Shown here in pieces: positions 30,864 to 39,407 of a stretch of DNA of 64,000 nucleotides. Origin of the DNA: Chondromyces crocatus (GTDB lineage: Bacteria > Myxococcota_A > Polyangia > Polyangiales > Polyangiaceae); contig NZ_CP012159.1 of NCBI RefSeq assembly GCF_001189295.1, positions 4,168,525-4,232,524 of the forward strand, read 5' to 3'. Position 1 is the stretch's first letter; each line of letters starts with the position of its first letter. The translations under genes and the position numbers were made by a program. A model generated the notes under the pieces. That model saw only the letters and a list, made by a program, of their open reading frames with translations, had not been told where the DNA came from and did not search any database.

Positions 30864-33137
30864 TCACGCCTGCGGGGGCTTGCCCAGATCGTCGATTCCC
30901 AGCTCGCGCGCCTTGTCCGCCAGCGCCTGGATCTGCTTGCGGCTCTCCGGATCGCTCGCCCCGCCCACGAGGCGCCCGAGCAGGTCGGAGAGGCTCGGCG
31001 CCGGCGCGCTGCCGGGCCGGTTCACCACGTCCTCGAACAGCGTCTTCACCGTCGCGCTCTGATCGATCACGCCGTCGACCGTCTGTCCCAGCGTCACCGC
31101 CTTCATGAAGCGATCGAAGAAGGCCCCATCGCCGCCGACGATGTTGATCTTCGCCGAGGAGAAGGCCGACCGGATGATCTCCGACTGCGCCCGCGCCACC
31201 TCGACCCGGGTCCGGATCTGCTCCAGCTCGATGAGCTTCTCCTTTTCCAGCCGGAGGCGGAACTCCTCGTGCTCGCGGCCCAGCCCATCGAGGGCCTTCA
31301 TCGCCGCCGCCTTCTCGGCCGTACCGGAGGCTTCTGCCAGCAACCGCTCCTTCACGGCGGTCGCCTCGGCAAGACCCATCTTCTCCTTCGACGTCGCCTC
31401 GGCGAGGCCCATCTTCTCCGTTGCGACCGCTTCGGCCTCGCGCGCCTTTGCCGCGGCCAGCCCGCGCTGTTCGATGCCGGTGGCCTCGGCGAGCAGCTTC
31501 TCGCGCGCCACATTGGCCTCCGCCAGCCCGCGCTTCTCCACGCCGGTGGCCTCGGCGAGCAGCTTCTCGCGCGCCACGTTGGCCTCGGCGAGTCCCTGGC
31601 GCTCGATGGCGGCGGCGTCGGCCTCCCGGACCTTCACCCGCACCATCCCCTGCTTCTCTTCGCCGCTGGCGGCGGCCTGCAGCTTCTCCAGCGTCACCCG
31701 GGCCTCGGCGAGCCCCGTCTTCTCCAGCGCCGCCGCGTCGGCCTCGCGGATGCGCACCTTCGCCAGCCCCTCGGCGGCGGCCTCGGCCTGCACACCCTCG
31801 GCGATCCGGATCTTCGCCCGCGTCGCCTTGTCGCTCGCTTCCAGCTCCGCGTCCGCGGTGATCACCTTCTCGCGGGCCCGGAACTTCGCGGCTTCCTCGC
31901 TCGCCTCGGCCGACTTGAGCTGCTTCACGAGCTGCTCTTGCGCCTCGGCCTCGGCGTTGATCCGCGTCACGTCCTTCAGGCGGTTCGCCTCGGCGACGGC
32001 GCGGACGTCCTTGATCCGCTCCTCTTCCTCCGCGACCGTCTTGTCCACCGAGATTCGCCCACGGATCACATCGGCGATCTCCTTGCGCTGCTGCTCCAGC
32101 TCCTTCTCGCGAGCGATCTGCTGCAGCGACACGTCGCGCTCACGCGCCACGACCTCGAGCTGCTTCGCGCGCTCCACGCGCTCCGTCTCCACCTGGATCT
32201 CGCGCACCTTGGCGCGCTCCGCGATGGCGATCCCGCGCTCCTTGGCCTCCCGCGCGACCCGGGCCTCCTCCTCGTTCTTCTCCTTCACGAGCAGGGTCTT
32301 CTTCTCCTCCTCGCTCGCGACGCGGGCCGCCTCGTTCTCCTCGCGGCTCTGCGCGATGGAGATCTCCTTCTTCGCCTTCGCTTCGGCCTCGGCGCGCCGG
32401 TGCTCGAACTGGAACACGGCCTCGTCGGCGTGCAGGTTCTGGCTCCCGATCTCCATCCTCTCCTTCTGCCGCAGCTCGTTGGTGAGGATGTTCTGGATCA
32501 CCGTCAGATCGGTGATCTTCTTGATGCCCTCGGCATCCATGATGTTGTCTTTGTCGAGGGCCTCGAGCGGCGTCTGCTCCAGGTAGTCGATCGCCGCGTC
32601 GTCGAGCACGAACCCGTTCAGGTCCTTGCCGATGACGTCGATGATGTCGTCCTTGAACTGCTGGCGCTCCTTGTAGAGATCCTCGAAGTTCAGCCGCTTA
32701 CCGACCGTCTTCAGCGCCTCGGAGAACTTCGCCGTGAACAGGTCCTCCAGCGTCTTGTGGTCGGACGCGCGTGCGCACCCGATGGCCTGGGCCACCTTGA
32801 GCACGTCCTCCTGGGTCTTGTTCACCCGCACGAAGAACGTGACCTTGATGTCCGCGCGGATGTTGTCCTTGCAGATCAGCCCTTCCTTGCCGCGGCGGTC
32901 GATCTCCACCGTCTTGACCGAGATGTCCATGATCTCGGCCTTGTTGATGATCGGGTAGACCACCTTCCCGGTGAAGGTGACGATGGGCTCGGTCTTCATC
33001 GTGTTGATGATCAGCGCGCGGCCTTGTTCCACCTGCCGGTAGAACTTGGCGACGATGAGCAGGGTGCCAAAGACCGCGAGCGCGATCAGGCAGATGACGA
33101 CCACGAACGGAAGGTACTGCTCCAGGCTCTGGGGCAC
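30864..33137 (-). CDS. Flotillin / SPFH family protein, paralog 3 (757 aa, long EA-rich coiled-coil repeats)
   Basis: N-terminal TM LPFVVVICLIALAVFGTLLIV, SPFH core (PIVTFTGKVVYPIINKAEIMDISVKTVEI), repeated GLAEANVAREKLLAEATG units, and a C-terminus like the other two flotillins. Confidence 0.85.
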   Translation of the reverse strand: MPQSLEQYLPFVVVICLIALAVFGTLLIVAKFYRQVEQGRALIINTMKTEPIVTFTGKVVYPIINKAEIMDISVKTVEIDRRGKEGLICKDNIRADIKVTFFVRVNKTQEDVLKVAQAIGCARASDHKTLEDLFTAKFSEALKTVGKRLNFEDLYKERQQFKDDIIDVIGKDLNGFVLDDAAIDYLEQTPLEALDKDNIMDAEGIKKITDLTVIQNILTNELRQKERMEIGSQNLHADEAVFQFEHRRAEAEAKAKKEISIAQSREENEAARVASEEEKKTLLVKEKNEEEARVAREAKERGIAIAERAKVREIQVETERVERAKQLEVVARERDVSLQQIAREKELEQQRKEIADVIRGRISVDKTVAEEEERIKDVRAVAEANRLKDVTRINAEAEAQEQLVKQLKSAEASEEAAKFRAREKVITADAELEASDKATRAKIRIAEGVQAEAAAEGLAKVRIREADAAALEKTGLAEARVTLEKLQAAASGEEKQGMVRVKVREADAAAIERQGLAEANVAREKLLAEATGVEKRGLAEANVAREKLLAEATGIEQRGLAAAKAREAEAVATEKMGLAEATSKEKMGLAEATAVKERLLAEASGTAEKAAAMKALDGLGREHEEFRLRLEKEKLIELEQIRTRVEVARAQSEIIRSAFSSAKINIVGGDGAFFDRFMKAVTLGQTVDGVIDQSATVKTLFEDVVNRPGSAPAPSLSDLLGRLVGGASDPESRKQIQALADKARELGIDDLGKPPQA

Positions 33138-33518
33138 GACGCACTCCTCTTGCTAGCGACGGGGGCGAGACTACACGAAGCCTCGATGGACCGAAGAAGG
33201 AACGAGCCACGCCATGCTGCTCGTCTGCCTGTTTTTTCGGCGTCGGGTGATGTGACGCCTCCCCCGCGGCATTCCGCGACGAGGCGAGGCAAGACGCCTC
33301 AGCGTCCGGTTCGGCTGTCCCAAGTCGGCGAATTCGCTGAGGCATGTGCGCCCTCAGAAGCGCATCACGCTGCGGAGAAGCGCACCCTCCTCGCGTCCTG
33401 GCTCACGTGCGCGGCGCGCTCTCCCGGGCGCGGCGCGTTCTCCGGGGCGTGTTCGCGCATTGCAGCGTGACGATGGGATCCCCTCGTCGCTTCGGTGCGT
33501 GGGCTCGGCCTGCTGGCC

Positions 33519-33590
33519 TGATGAACGAGCGCTGCGCTCGGAGATGAACGAGCGCTGCGTCCGGAGATGAACGAGCGCGGCGCGCGCGGA
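33519..33590. repeat. Three tandem ~22-bp direct repeats (gagatgaacgagcgctgcgYYcg) between NfeD and flotillin-3
   Basis: gatgaacgagcgctgcgctcg / gagatgaacgagcgctgcgtccg / gagatgaacgagcgcggcgcgcg, read directly from the sequence. Lies in the 460-bp gap upstream of the flotillin-3 start. Confidence 0.6.
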
Positions 33591-33598
33591 CGGGAGCG

Positions 33599-34537
33599 TC
33601 AGCCAGCTCCTCGCCGTGCTTCCTTGGAGTCCAGCGCTTCCACGCCCTCCAGTTCGGCGGCCTCTCCGAGGGCCTCTCTCGCCGCATCCGCGCCTGCCGG
33701 CGCCACGGGGTCGACCTCCAGGCGTTGAATGCGCCGCTCGACCAGCAGGTCTTCCATGGGCTCGACGAAGAAGACCTCGCGCTCCGGGTGGTAGCTCACG
33801 AGCACGGCCTTGTCGCCCTGGCGCAGCACGCCCGGCGAATCGCAGCGCACGTTGAGGATCAGCCCTGCGCCGCCGTCGTGGAGAACCCCTTGCCCGAAGC
33901 GCTCGTCGACGCGGCCCGTGGAGATGATCACCGTCTTCCCCACGAGGTCCATCACCGACTGCGCCGCCTGCGTCACGAACAGCGAGCCGAGCGGGCGCAC
34001 CACCAGCGACGTGAGCGGCAGCGCGATGACGAACGACACCAGCAGCAAGATCCCCTTGAACAGCCAGCCCGGCAGCCCGATGCCTTCCCACAGCGGGCTC
34101 ACGTGCAGCTGCGAGAGCACCGCGAGCAGCCACCCGAACGTCGCGATCAGCGTCAGCACCACCGTCGCGGGGACGCGGTTCAGGTGGAGCGAGCCCACCA
34201 CCCCGGCGAGCCCTCCGCCGCCGACGTGCCCGGCCTCTCCCACGCCCTCGCCCGAGTGGCCTCCCAGCACCCCCTTGGCAGCGCCCTCGATCGTCCCTTT
34301 GGTCGCCCCTTCGAGCGTGCCCTTGATGGTGCCGTCCAGCGTGCCTTTGAGGGCGCCGTCCAGCGTGCCCTTGATGGCGCCGTCCAGCGCCGCATCGGCG
34401 CCTCCGTCGGCGGCGCCGAGCGCGTCGATGTCCAGCGCACCGAGCACCACGAAGAACCAGTAGATCAGCGCCAGCGCCAGCACCCCCGAGTAGATCACGG
34501 CGGGGAAAGCGAGGGACGCGTCGAGCAGCGCGACCAT
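33599..34537 (-). CDS. NfeD-like membrane protein (long form): N-terminal multi-TM plus C-terminal OB-fold
   Basis: Start is taken at the internal ATG (MVALLDASLAFPAVIYSGVLALALIYWFFV). TM helices, a Gly/Ala/Thr-rich linker, then DLVGKTVIISTGRVDERFGQGVLHDGGAGLILNVRCDSPGVLRQGDKAVLVSYHPEREVFFVEP, the NfeD beta-barrel signature. The 468-aa ORF extends upstream (to 35005) without support. Confidence 0.6.
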   Translation of the reverse strand: MVALLDASLAFPAVIYSGVLALALIYWFFVVLGALDIDALGAADGGADAALDGAIKGTLDGALKGTLDGTIKGTLEGATKGTIEGAAKGVLGGHSGEGVGEAGHVGGGGLAGVVGSLHLNRVPATVVLTLIATFGWLLAVLSQLHVSPLWEGIGLPGWLFKGILLLVSFVIALPLTSLVVRPLGSLFVTQAAQSVMDLVGKTVIISTGRVDERFGQGVLHDGGAGLILNVRCDSPGVLRQGDKAVLVSYHPEREVFFVEPMEDLLVERRIQRLEVDPVAPAGADAAREALGEAAELEGVEALDSKEARRGAG

Positions 34538-34694
34538 CGGCGCAGCGTATGCCAAAGACGGCGGCGCGCGCAGGCGATTCGACACGTCGCCCCACCTTCG
34601 ACGCCTTGCTCCCTCGAAGACGGACGTGCTCCCATCCGCCCGCGCTGGGTCCTCCTTCGCGATCGGCGGACCGAGCGGACCGACAGGCATCCCC

Positions 34695-35636
34695 ATGAAC
34701 GAACCTCCCCTCGTCACGCGCGACGACATCACCGCGGCCGCGCAACGTATCGATGCGCACGTCCGAACGACCCCGATCATCCGCATGGAGACCGGCGCGT
34801 TCGGCATCCAAGCTGCGCTGGTCCTCAAGCTCGAGTCCCTCCAGCACACCGGATCCTTCAAGGTGAGGGGCGCCTTCAACCGCATGCTCTCGGCGGACGT
34901 CCCTCCGGCGGGCGTCATCGCCGCGTCGGGTGGCAACCACGGAGTCGCCGTGGCGTATGCCGCCCAGCGCCTCGGCCACGTCTCGGAGATCTTCGTCCCG
35001 CGCACCGCGGCGTCCGTGAAGGTCGAGCGACTCCGCCGCTACGGCGCGCGGGTCACCCAGGTCGGTGAGCGGTACGCGGACGCCCTCCTCGCAAGCCAGG
35101 CCCGCGCGCGCGAGACGGGCGCGCTCGAGGTCCACGCCTTCGACCAGCCCGAGGTCGTGGCGGGGCAGGGGACCCTGGGACGCGAATTCCAGGCGCAAGC
35201 GCCCGAGGTCGAGACCCTCCTCGTCGCCGTCGGTGGCGGCGGGCTCATCGCGGGCGTCGCGTCCTGGACCGCCAGCGAGGTCCGCGTCGTCAGCGTCGAA
35301 CCCGAGGCCGCGCCCACGCTCCACGCCGCCCTCCAGGCGGGGCGGCCCACCACGGTCCCCGTCGCTGGCGTCGCGGTGGACGCCCTCGGCGCCTCCCGGG
35401 TGGGCGAGATCGCGTTCGCCGTCGCGCGGCGCCACATCGAGCGGGCCGTCCTGGTCGACGACGAGGCCATCCTCGCCGCGCGCCGTGTGCTGTGGGACGA
35501 ACTCCGGATCGCCACCGAGCCGAGCGGCGCCGCGGCCTTCTCCGCGCTCCTGTCCGGCGCATACCGCCCGCGGGAGGGCGAGCGGGTGGGCGTGGTGATT
35601 TGTGGGGGGAATGCGGACCCGCGTACCCTCGCATAG
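34695..35636 (+). CDS. PLP-dependent threonine/serine dehydratase family enzyme
   Basis: PLP-lysine motif LQHTGSFKVRGAFN, glycine loop GVIAASGGNHGVAVAYAAQRLG, C-terminal GVVICGGNAD. Diverges from the NfeD gene. Confidence 0.8.
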   Translation: MNEPPLVTRDDITAAAQRIDAHVRTTPIIRMETGAFGIQAALVLKLESLQHTGSFKVRGAFNRMLSADVPPAGVIAASGGNHGVAVAYAAQRLGHVSEIFVPRTAASVKVERLRRYGARVTQVGERYADALLASQARARETGALEVHAFDQPEVVAGQGTLGREFQAQAPEVETLLVAVGGGGLIAGVASWTASEVRVVSVEPEAAPTLHAALQAGRPTTVPVAGVAVDALGASRVGEIAFAVARRHIERAVLVDDEAILAARRVLWDELRIATEPSGAAAFSALLSGAYRPREGERVGVVICGGNADPRTLA

Positions 35637-35971
35637 CCCGGCGATGGGCATATCGCGCGCAGGCTGGGCGCACGGAAAACCGTGCGTAAAACGGCCTGAA
35701 CATCATTGAAATCGAAATCGAATCCATTGCCTTGTCGAGGCCCGGTCGGCTGATTAATCTCCAGCTTGATCCATGGGCTCCTTTCCAATCGCGATCTCCA
35801 GCGCCATTCCGCCCGTGTGTGGAGTGATCGCGACAGGGAGGGACCCGCGCTCCGCATTGCCGGTCTCCGGCGTGATCCTGCAGGCAACTCGAACCTTCAA
35901 CCCGCAGGTCTGAGCGTGCGGCGAGCCGAGACGGACTGCCGCGCCAACCAGGCACACCCTCTATCGCTGCA

Positions 35972-38140
35972 ATGACGCCGCCTTCCACACCCCGACCTCC
36001 GCTCACCGCCGGTATGGTCATCGCCGACAAGTACCGGCTCCTTCGCCACCTCGGCACGGGCGCCATGGGCGTCGTCTGGGCGGCGATCAACGAGGCGACC
36101 GGGCGAGAGGTCGCGCTCAAGCTCATCGTCGCCCCGGTCGATGCTCTGCGTCGCCGGGTCGAACGCGAAGCCCACGCGTGTGGAGCCCTCCGCCACCCCA
36201 ACATCGTCGACATCTACGACGCGGTGCACACCGCCGAGGGCGATCCCGTCCTGGTCCTCCAGCTCCTCCAGGGAGAGACCCTCGCCGATCTCCTCACGCG
36301 CCGTCGCCGTCTCGAACCCGAACTCGCCGCCCACATCGGCCGCGAGATCGCCGCGGCCCTCACCGCCGTCCACGCCCTCGGGATCGTCCACCGCGATCTC
36401 AAGCCCGCGAACATCTTCCTCCACCGCGAGCACGACGGCGGCACCCCCGTGGTGAAGGTCCTCGATTTCGGCGTCAGCAAGCCAGCGCCGGGGAGGACGC
36501 CGGTCTGCACCGCGCCAGGCGACGCCGTGGGCTCACTGCCCTACATGAGCCCCGAGCAGGTCCGCGCCGCCGTCGACGTCGACCTCCGCGCCGACATCTG
36601 GTCGCTGGGCGTCGTGCTCTTCGAGATGCTCACCGGCGAGCGCCCGTTCCAGGGCAACTTCAGCGAGATCGTCCTCCAGATCCTCCAGGGCCAGGTCCCG
36701 CGCGTCAGCCGCTACGTCCGCCACGTCGACCCGGAGTTCGTCGACCTCGTCGCGGGCTGCATGCGGCGCCAGCGCGAGCTGCGCCTCGGCCCCGCCGAGC
36801 ACATCGTCCGGGGCCTCGATCGCCTCGTTGGCGACGTCGACCCCTGGAGCCTCCCGCTCGGGACCACGGCGCCGAGGCGCTCCGAGGCCGAGCCCTGCCC
36901 GGAGCTCCACCGCCAGCACACGCCCGTCTGGAACACGACGTTCGCGCGCTCCACCTCTCCCGGATGGCCCGCCGCGCAGCCACCCGCCTCCGACCGACCG
37001 CGCGAGACCCTCTTGCCCGATCAAGATCGCGTCCGCACCCGCATCGGCTTCGCCGATCCCGCGCCCTGGCGGCTCAACGCTGCCGAATTTTCCGACGCGC
37101 CCCCCCTTTCCTGGCCCGAGCACGAACCGCCCGGCCTGCCAGAGCCCCCGCCTCCGCTGCGCCAGTCGTACTCCTCCCTGCCGGGAGCGCAGCGCCGCGT
37201 CGCCTGGGAAGTGCCGCCCCCGGCCGAACCCGACCCCCAGCGCAACGCCTCGACCTTCGGGAGCGATGCCGACCCGCTCGTTCACACCGGCCCCCGCGGC
37301 GTCGCAGCCTCCTCGGCCGAGGCCGAGCTGCCCACCCGCGCGGAGCGCACCTCGCACCTCCCCGATCTCTCGCGCATCTCCGCGATACCGAGCTCGTTGA
37401 GCGACCGCGCGACGCAGAACAGCCGGACCAGCATCGGCTCCATGTCGGTCCCCGACAGCCGCCGAAGCCTCACCGCCCGCTTGCCTGGGCTCACCACCCA
37501 CTGGCGCGGCGCGCTCTTCATCTCCACCATCGCCACCTTGCTCGCCGCTGGCGCCGTCTCGGCGCTGATCTCCGCGTTCCCGCTGGGAACCCAGGCCGAA
37601 GCTACCCTCGACGCCGACGCCGACGGCGACGCCGAGGCCACCGGCCCCGAGCTGCCGGCCCTCGCCGAGCGATGCCCCGTGCCCACGCTCGGCGCCACCC
37701 CCGCGCGCCCCTCGCGCCCGCTGCGCGTGCCCGCCGCCCTCGCCGCGACCACCCTCGTCGCCATCCCACCGGGCCCCTCGAACGAACCCGAGAGCGACGC
37801 GCTCACCGAGCCCGCCCCTCCACCTCCAGCCCCTGATCAGGCCGAGGCCCGCGCCTCCACCGAGGCCCTCGAGCCCTCGATGTCGGATGACCCCCCCGCA
37901 TCCGAGCCCGCGACCGCGCAGGCCGATGCCACCACGCAGGCCGGCGCCTCCGACGCGCCCGCCACGCCGCGCGCCTCCAGAGGACCCAGCGCCTCGGCCT
38001 TCAACGCGGCACCCATCGCCTCGAAGAGCAGCCGCGCCGGTGCCGCACCGATGCCGCGCGGCGCCACGCCCTCGCGCTGCGTGAACCCGCAATTCCTCCA
38101 GCGTGCCCGCTGCAGCAAGCAGCCACCGGGCCGACGCTGA
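35972..38140 (+). CDS. Ser/Thr protein kinase with Pro/Ala-rich tail and one TM segment
   Basis: YRLLRHLGTGAMGVVWAA...EVALKLI...HALGIVHRDLKPANIFL...VKVLDFGVSK...SLPYMSPEQ. A TM helix sits near residue 500 (ALFISTIATLLAAGAVSALISAF). Confidence 0.85.
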   Translation: MTPPSTPRPPLTAGMVIADKYRLLRHLGTGAMGVVWAAINEATGREVALKLIVAPVDALRRRVEREAHACGALRHPNIVDIYDAVHTAEGDPVLVLQLLQGETLADLLTRRRRLEPELAAHIGREIAAALTAVHALGIVHRDLKPANIFLHREHDGGTPVVKVLDFGVSKPAPGRTPVCTAPGDAVGSLPYMSPEQVRAAVDVDLRADIWSLGVVLFEMLTGERPFQGNFSEIVLQILQGQVPRVSRYVRHVDPEFVDLVAGCMRRQRELRLGPAEHIVRGLDRLVGDVDPWSLPLGTTAPRRSEAEPCPELHRQHTPVWNTTFARSTSPGWPAAQPPASDRPRETLLPDQDRVRTRIGFADPAPWRLNAAEFSDAPPLSWPEHEPPGLPEPPPPLRQSYSSLPGAQRRVAWEVPPPAEPDPQRNASTFGSDADPLVHTGPRGVAASSAEAELPTRAERTSHLPDLSRISAIPSSLSDRATQNSRTSIGSMSVPDSRRSLTARLPGLTTHWRGALFISTIATLLAAGAVSALISAFPLGTQAEATLDADADGDAEATGPELPALAERCPVPTLGATPARPSRPLRVPAALAATTLVAIPPGPSNEPESDALTEPAPPPPAPDQAEARASTEALEPSMSDDPPASEPATAQADATTQAGASDAPATPRASRGPSASAFNAAPIASKSSRAGAAPMPRGATPSRCVNPQFLQRARCSKQPPGRR

Positions 38141-38324
38141 GCCTTCCGCGGAGGTGAGAGGCCCTCTCCGCGCCTCCCGCGCAGCGCACCTCGTCGTGGA
38201 CCACGCCGCGGGCGGCGCTGCTGCAACGGACACACCCGCGCCTCCGCTGCACCTCGGTGCAGAAGCGGAGCCGTAGACGAACGCTTCGACGGCCACCGGA
38301 CGTGGCCCAGGGGGGAAGACGACC

Positions 38325-39113
38325 ATGAGACACGATGGATGGAAGCAAGCCTGGCTGGCCATGCTGGCCGGCGCGGCACTCCAGATCTCCAGCACGGTGC
38401 TGCAAGGGTGCGTGCTCGACAACCAGGGCACGTGTGACGATCAAGGCCGGTGCGTCGGCAAGTCCGGCCGACCCGGCGGCGAGGCCGGGCCCGACTTCGG
38501 CACGCCCTCGAACCCCTCCGGAGGATCCGCCCAGCAGCCCACGAGCGAGCTCCCTGGGCAGCGGCCCCAGGGCCTCTGCTCCTCGAGCTGCGACGACGGC
38601 AACCCGTGCACCGACGACACCTGCGACGACGCCCACCAGTGTCACCACGACCCCGCGATCGACGGCACCCCTGCCGGTGTCGGCGGCTGCCTCGTGATGA
38701 CCTGCCAGTCCGGCATCGCCCGCCCAGCCGAGCCCCTCGAGCCCTTGCCCGCTGGCGTCTCGTGTGGCGAAGACAAACGTTGCGATGGCGCCGGCCACTG
38801 CAAACTCGCCCTCGGTGGCTCCTGCGACGACGACGCGGCCTGCGCCAGCGGACACTGCGTCGCCGGCGTCTGCTGCGGCCTGGCCTGCGACGGCCTCTGC
38901 CTGCGCTGCGACCCCGCGGATTTCGATCAATGCCAGCCCCTCGCCTTCGGCGAGCACGACCCCATGTGCTCCGAGGCGTCTGCCTGTAACGACGCCGGCG
39001 AGTGCAAGCTGGTCGACGGGACGGGGTGCATCTCCGACGGGCAGTGCCTGAGCGGCCACTGCACCGCGCTGGGAGAGCCGAACAGCCCGTTCCGTTGCGC
39101 TCCCGTGCCCTGA
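38325..39113 (+). CDS. Secreted cysteine-rich repeat protein
   Basis: Signal peptide AWLAMLAGAALQISS. About 30 Cys in repeated motifs such as CDDGNPCTDDTCDDAHQCHHDP, GSCDDDAACASGHCVAGVCCG and TGCISDGQCLSGHCT. Confidence 0.5.
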   Translation: MRHDGWKQAWLAMLAGAALQISSTVLQGCVLDNQGTCDDQGRCVGKSGRPGGEAGPDFGTPSNPSGGSAQQPTSELPGQRPQGLCSSSCDDGNPCTDDTCDDAHQCHHDPAIDGTPAGVGGCLVMTCQSGIARPAEPLEPLPAGVSCGEDKRCDGAGHCKLALGGSCDDDAACASGHCVAGVCCGLACDGLCLRCDPADFDQCQPLAFGEHDPMCSEASACNDAGECKLVDGTGCISDGQCLSGHCTALGEPNSPFRCAPVP

Positions 39114-39407
39114 GCGCCCCTCCCGGAGCCTGCGTGACCAGAACCTGGGTGTCACACAGGCTCCCTCGACGCGCCCTGGTGCGTGAGCGCGGGGCCGTGT
39201 GCCGGTTCTTCCGACGCGCGGTGCGGTGATGCCCGCGCTCGTGGGCAGCGTGGAGCGACCGCCTCGACGTGGTCGGTGACGCTCCTGCCTGCCTGCGCGC
39301 GCGCCGCCTCTTGGGCCGGCGAGCGACGCATCCTTTCGAGAATGGAGTGGGAGTCCGAACGAAGTCCTGCGCGGAGCGAGCGATCCCGCCCGCTCCAGCG
39401 CCAGCGC

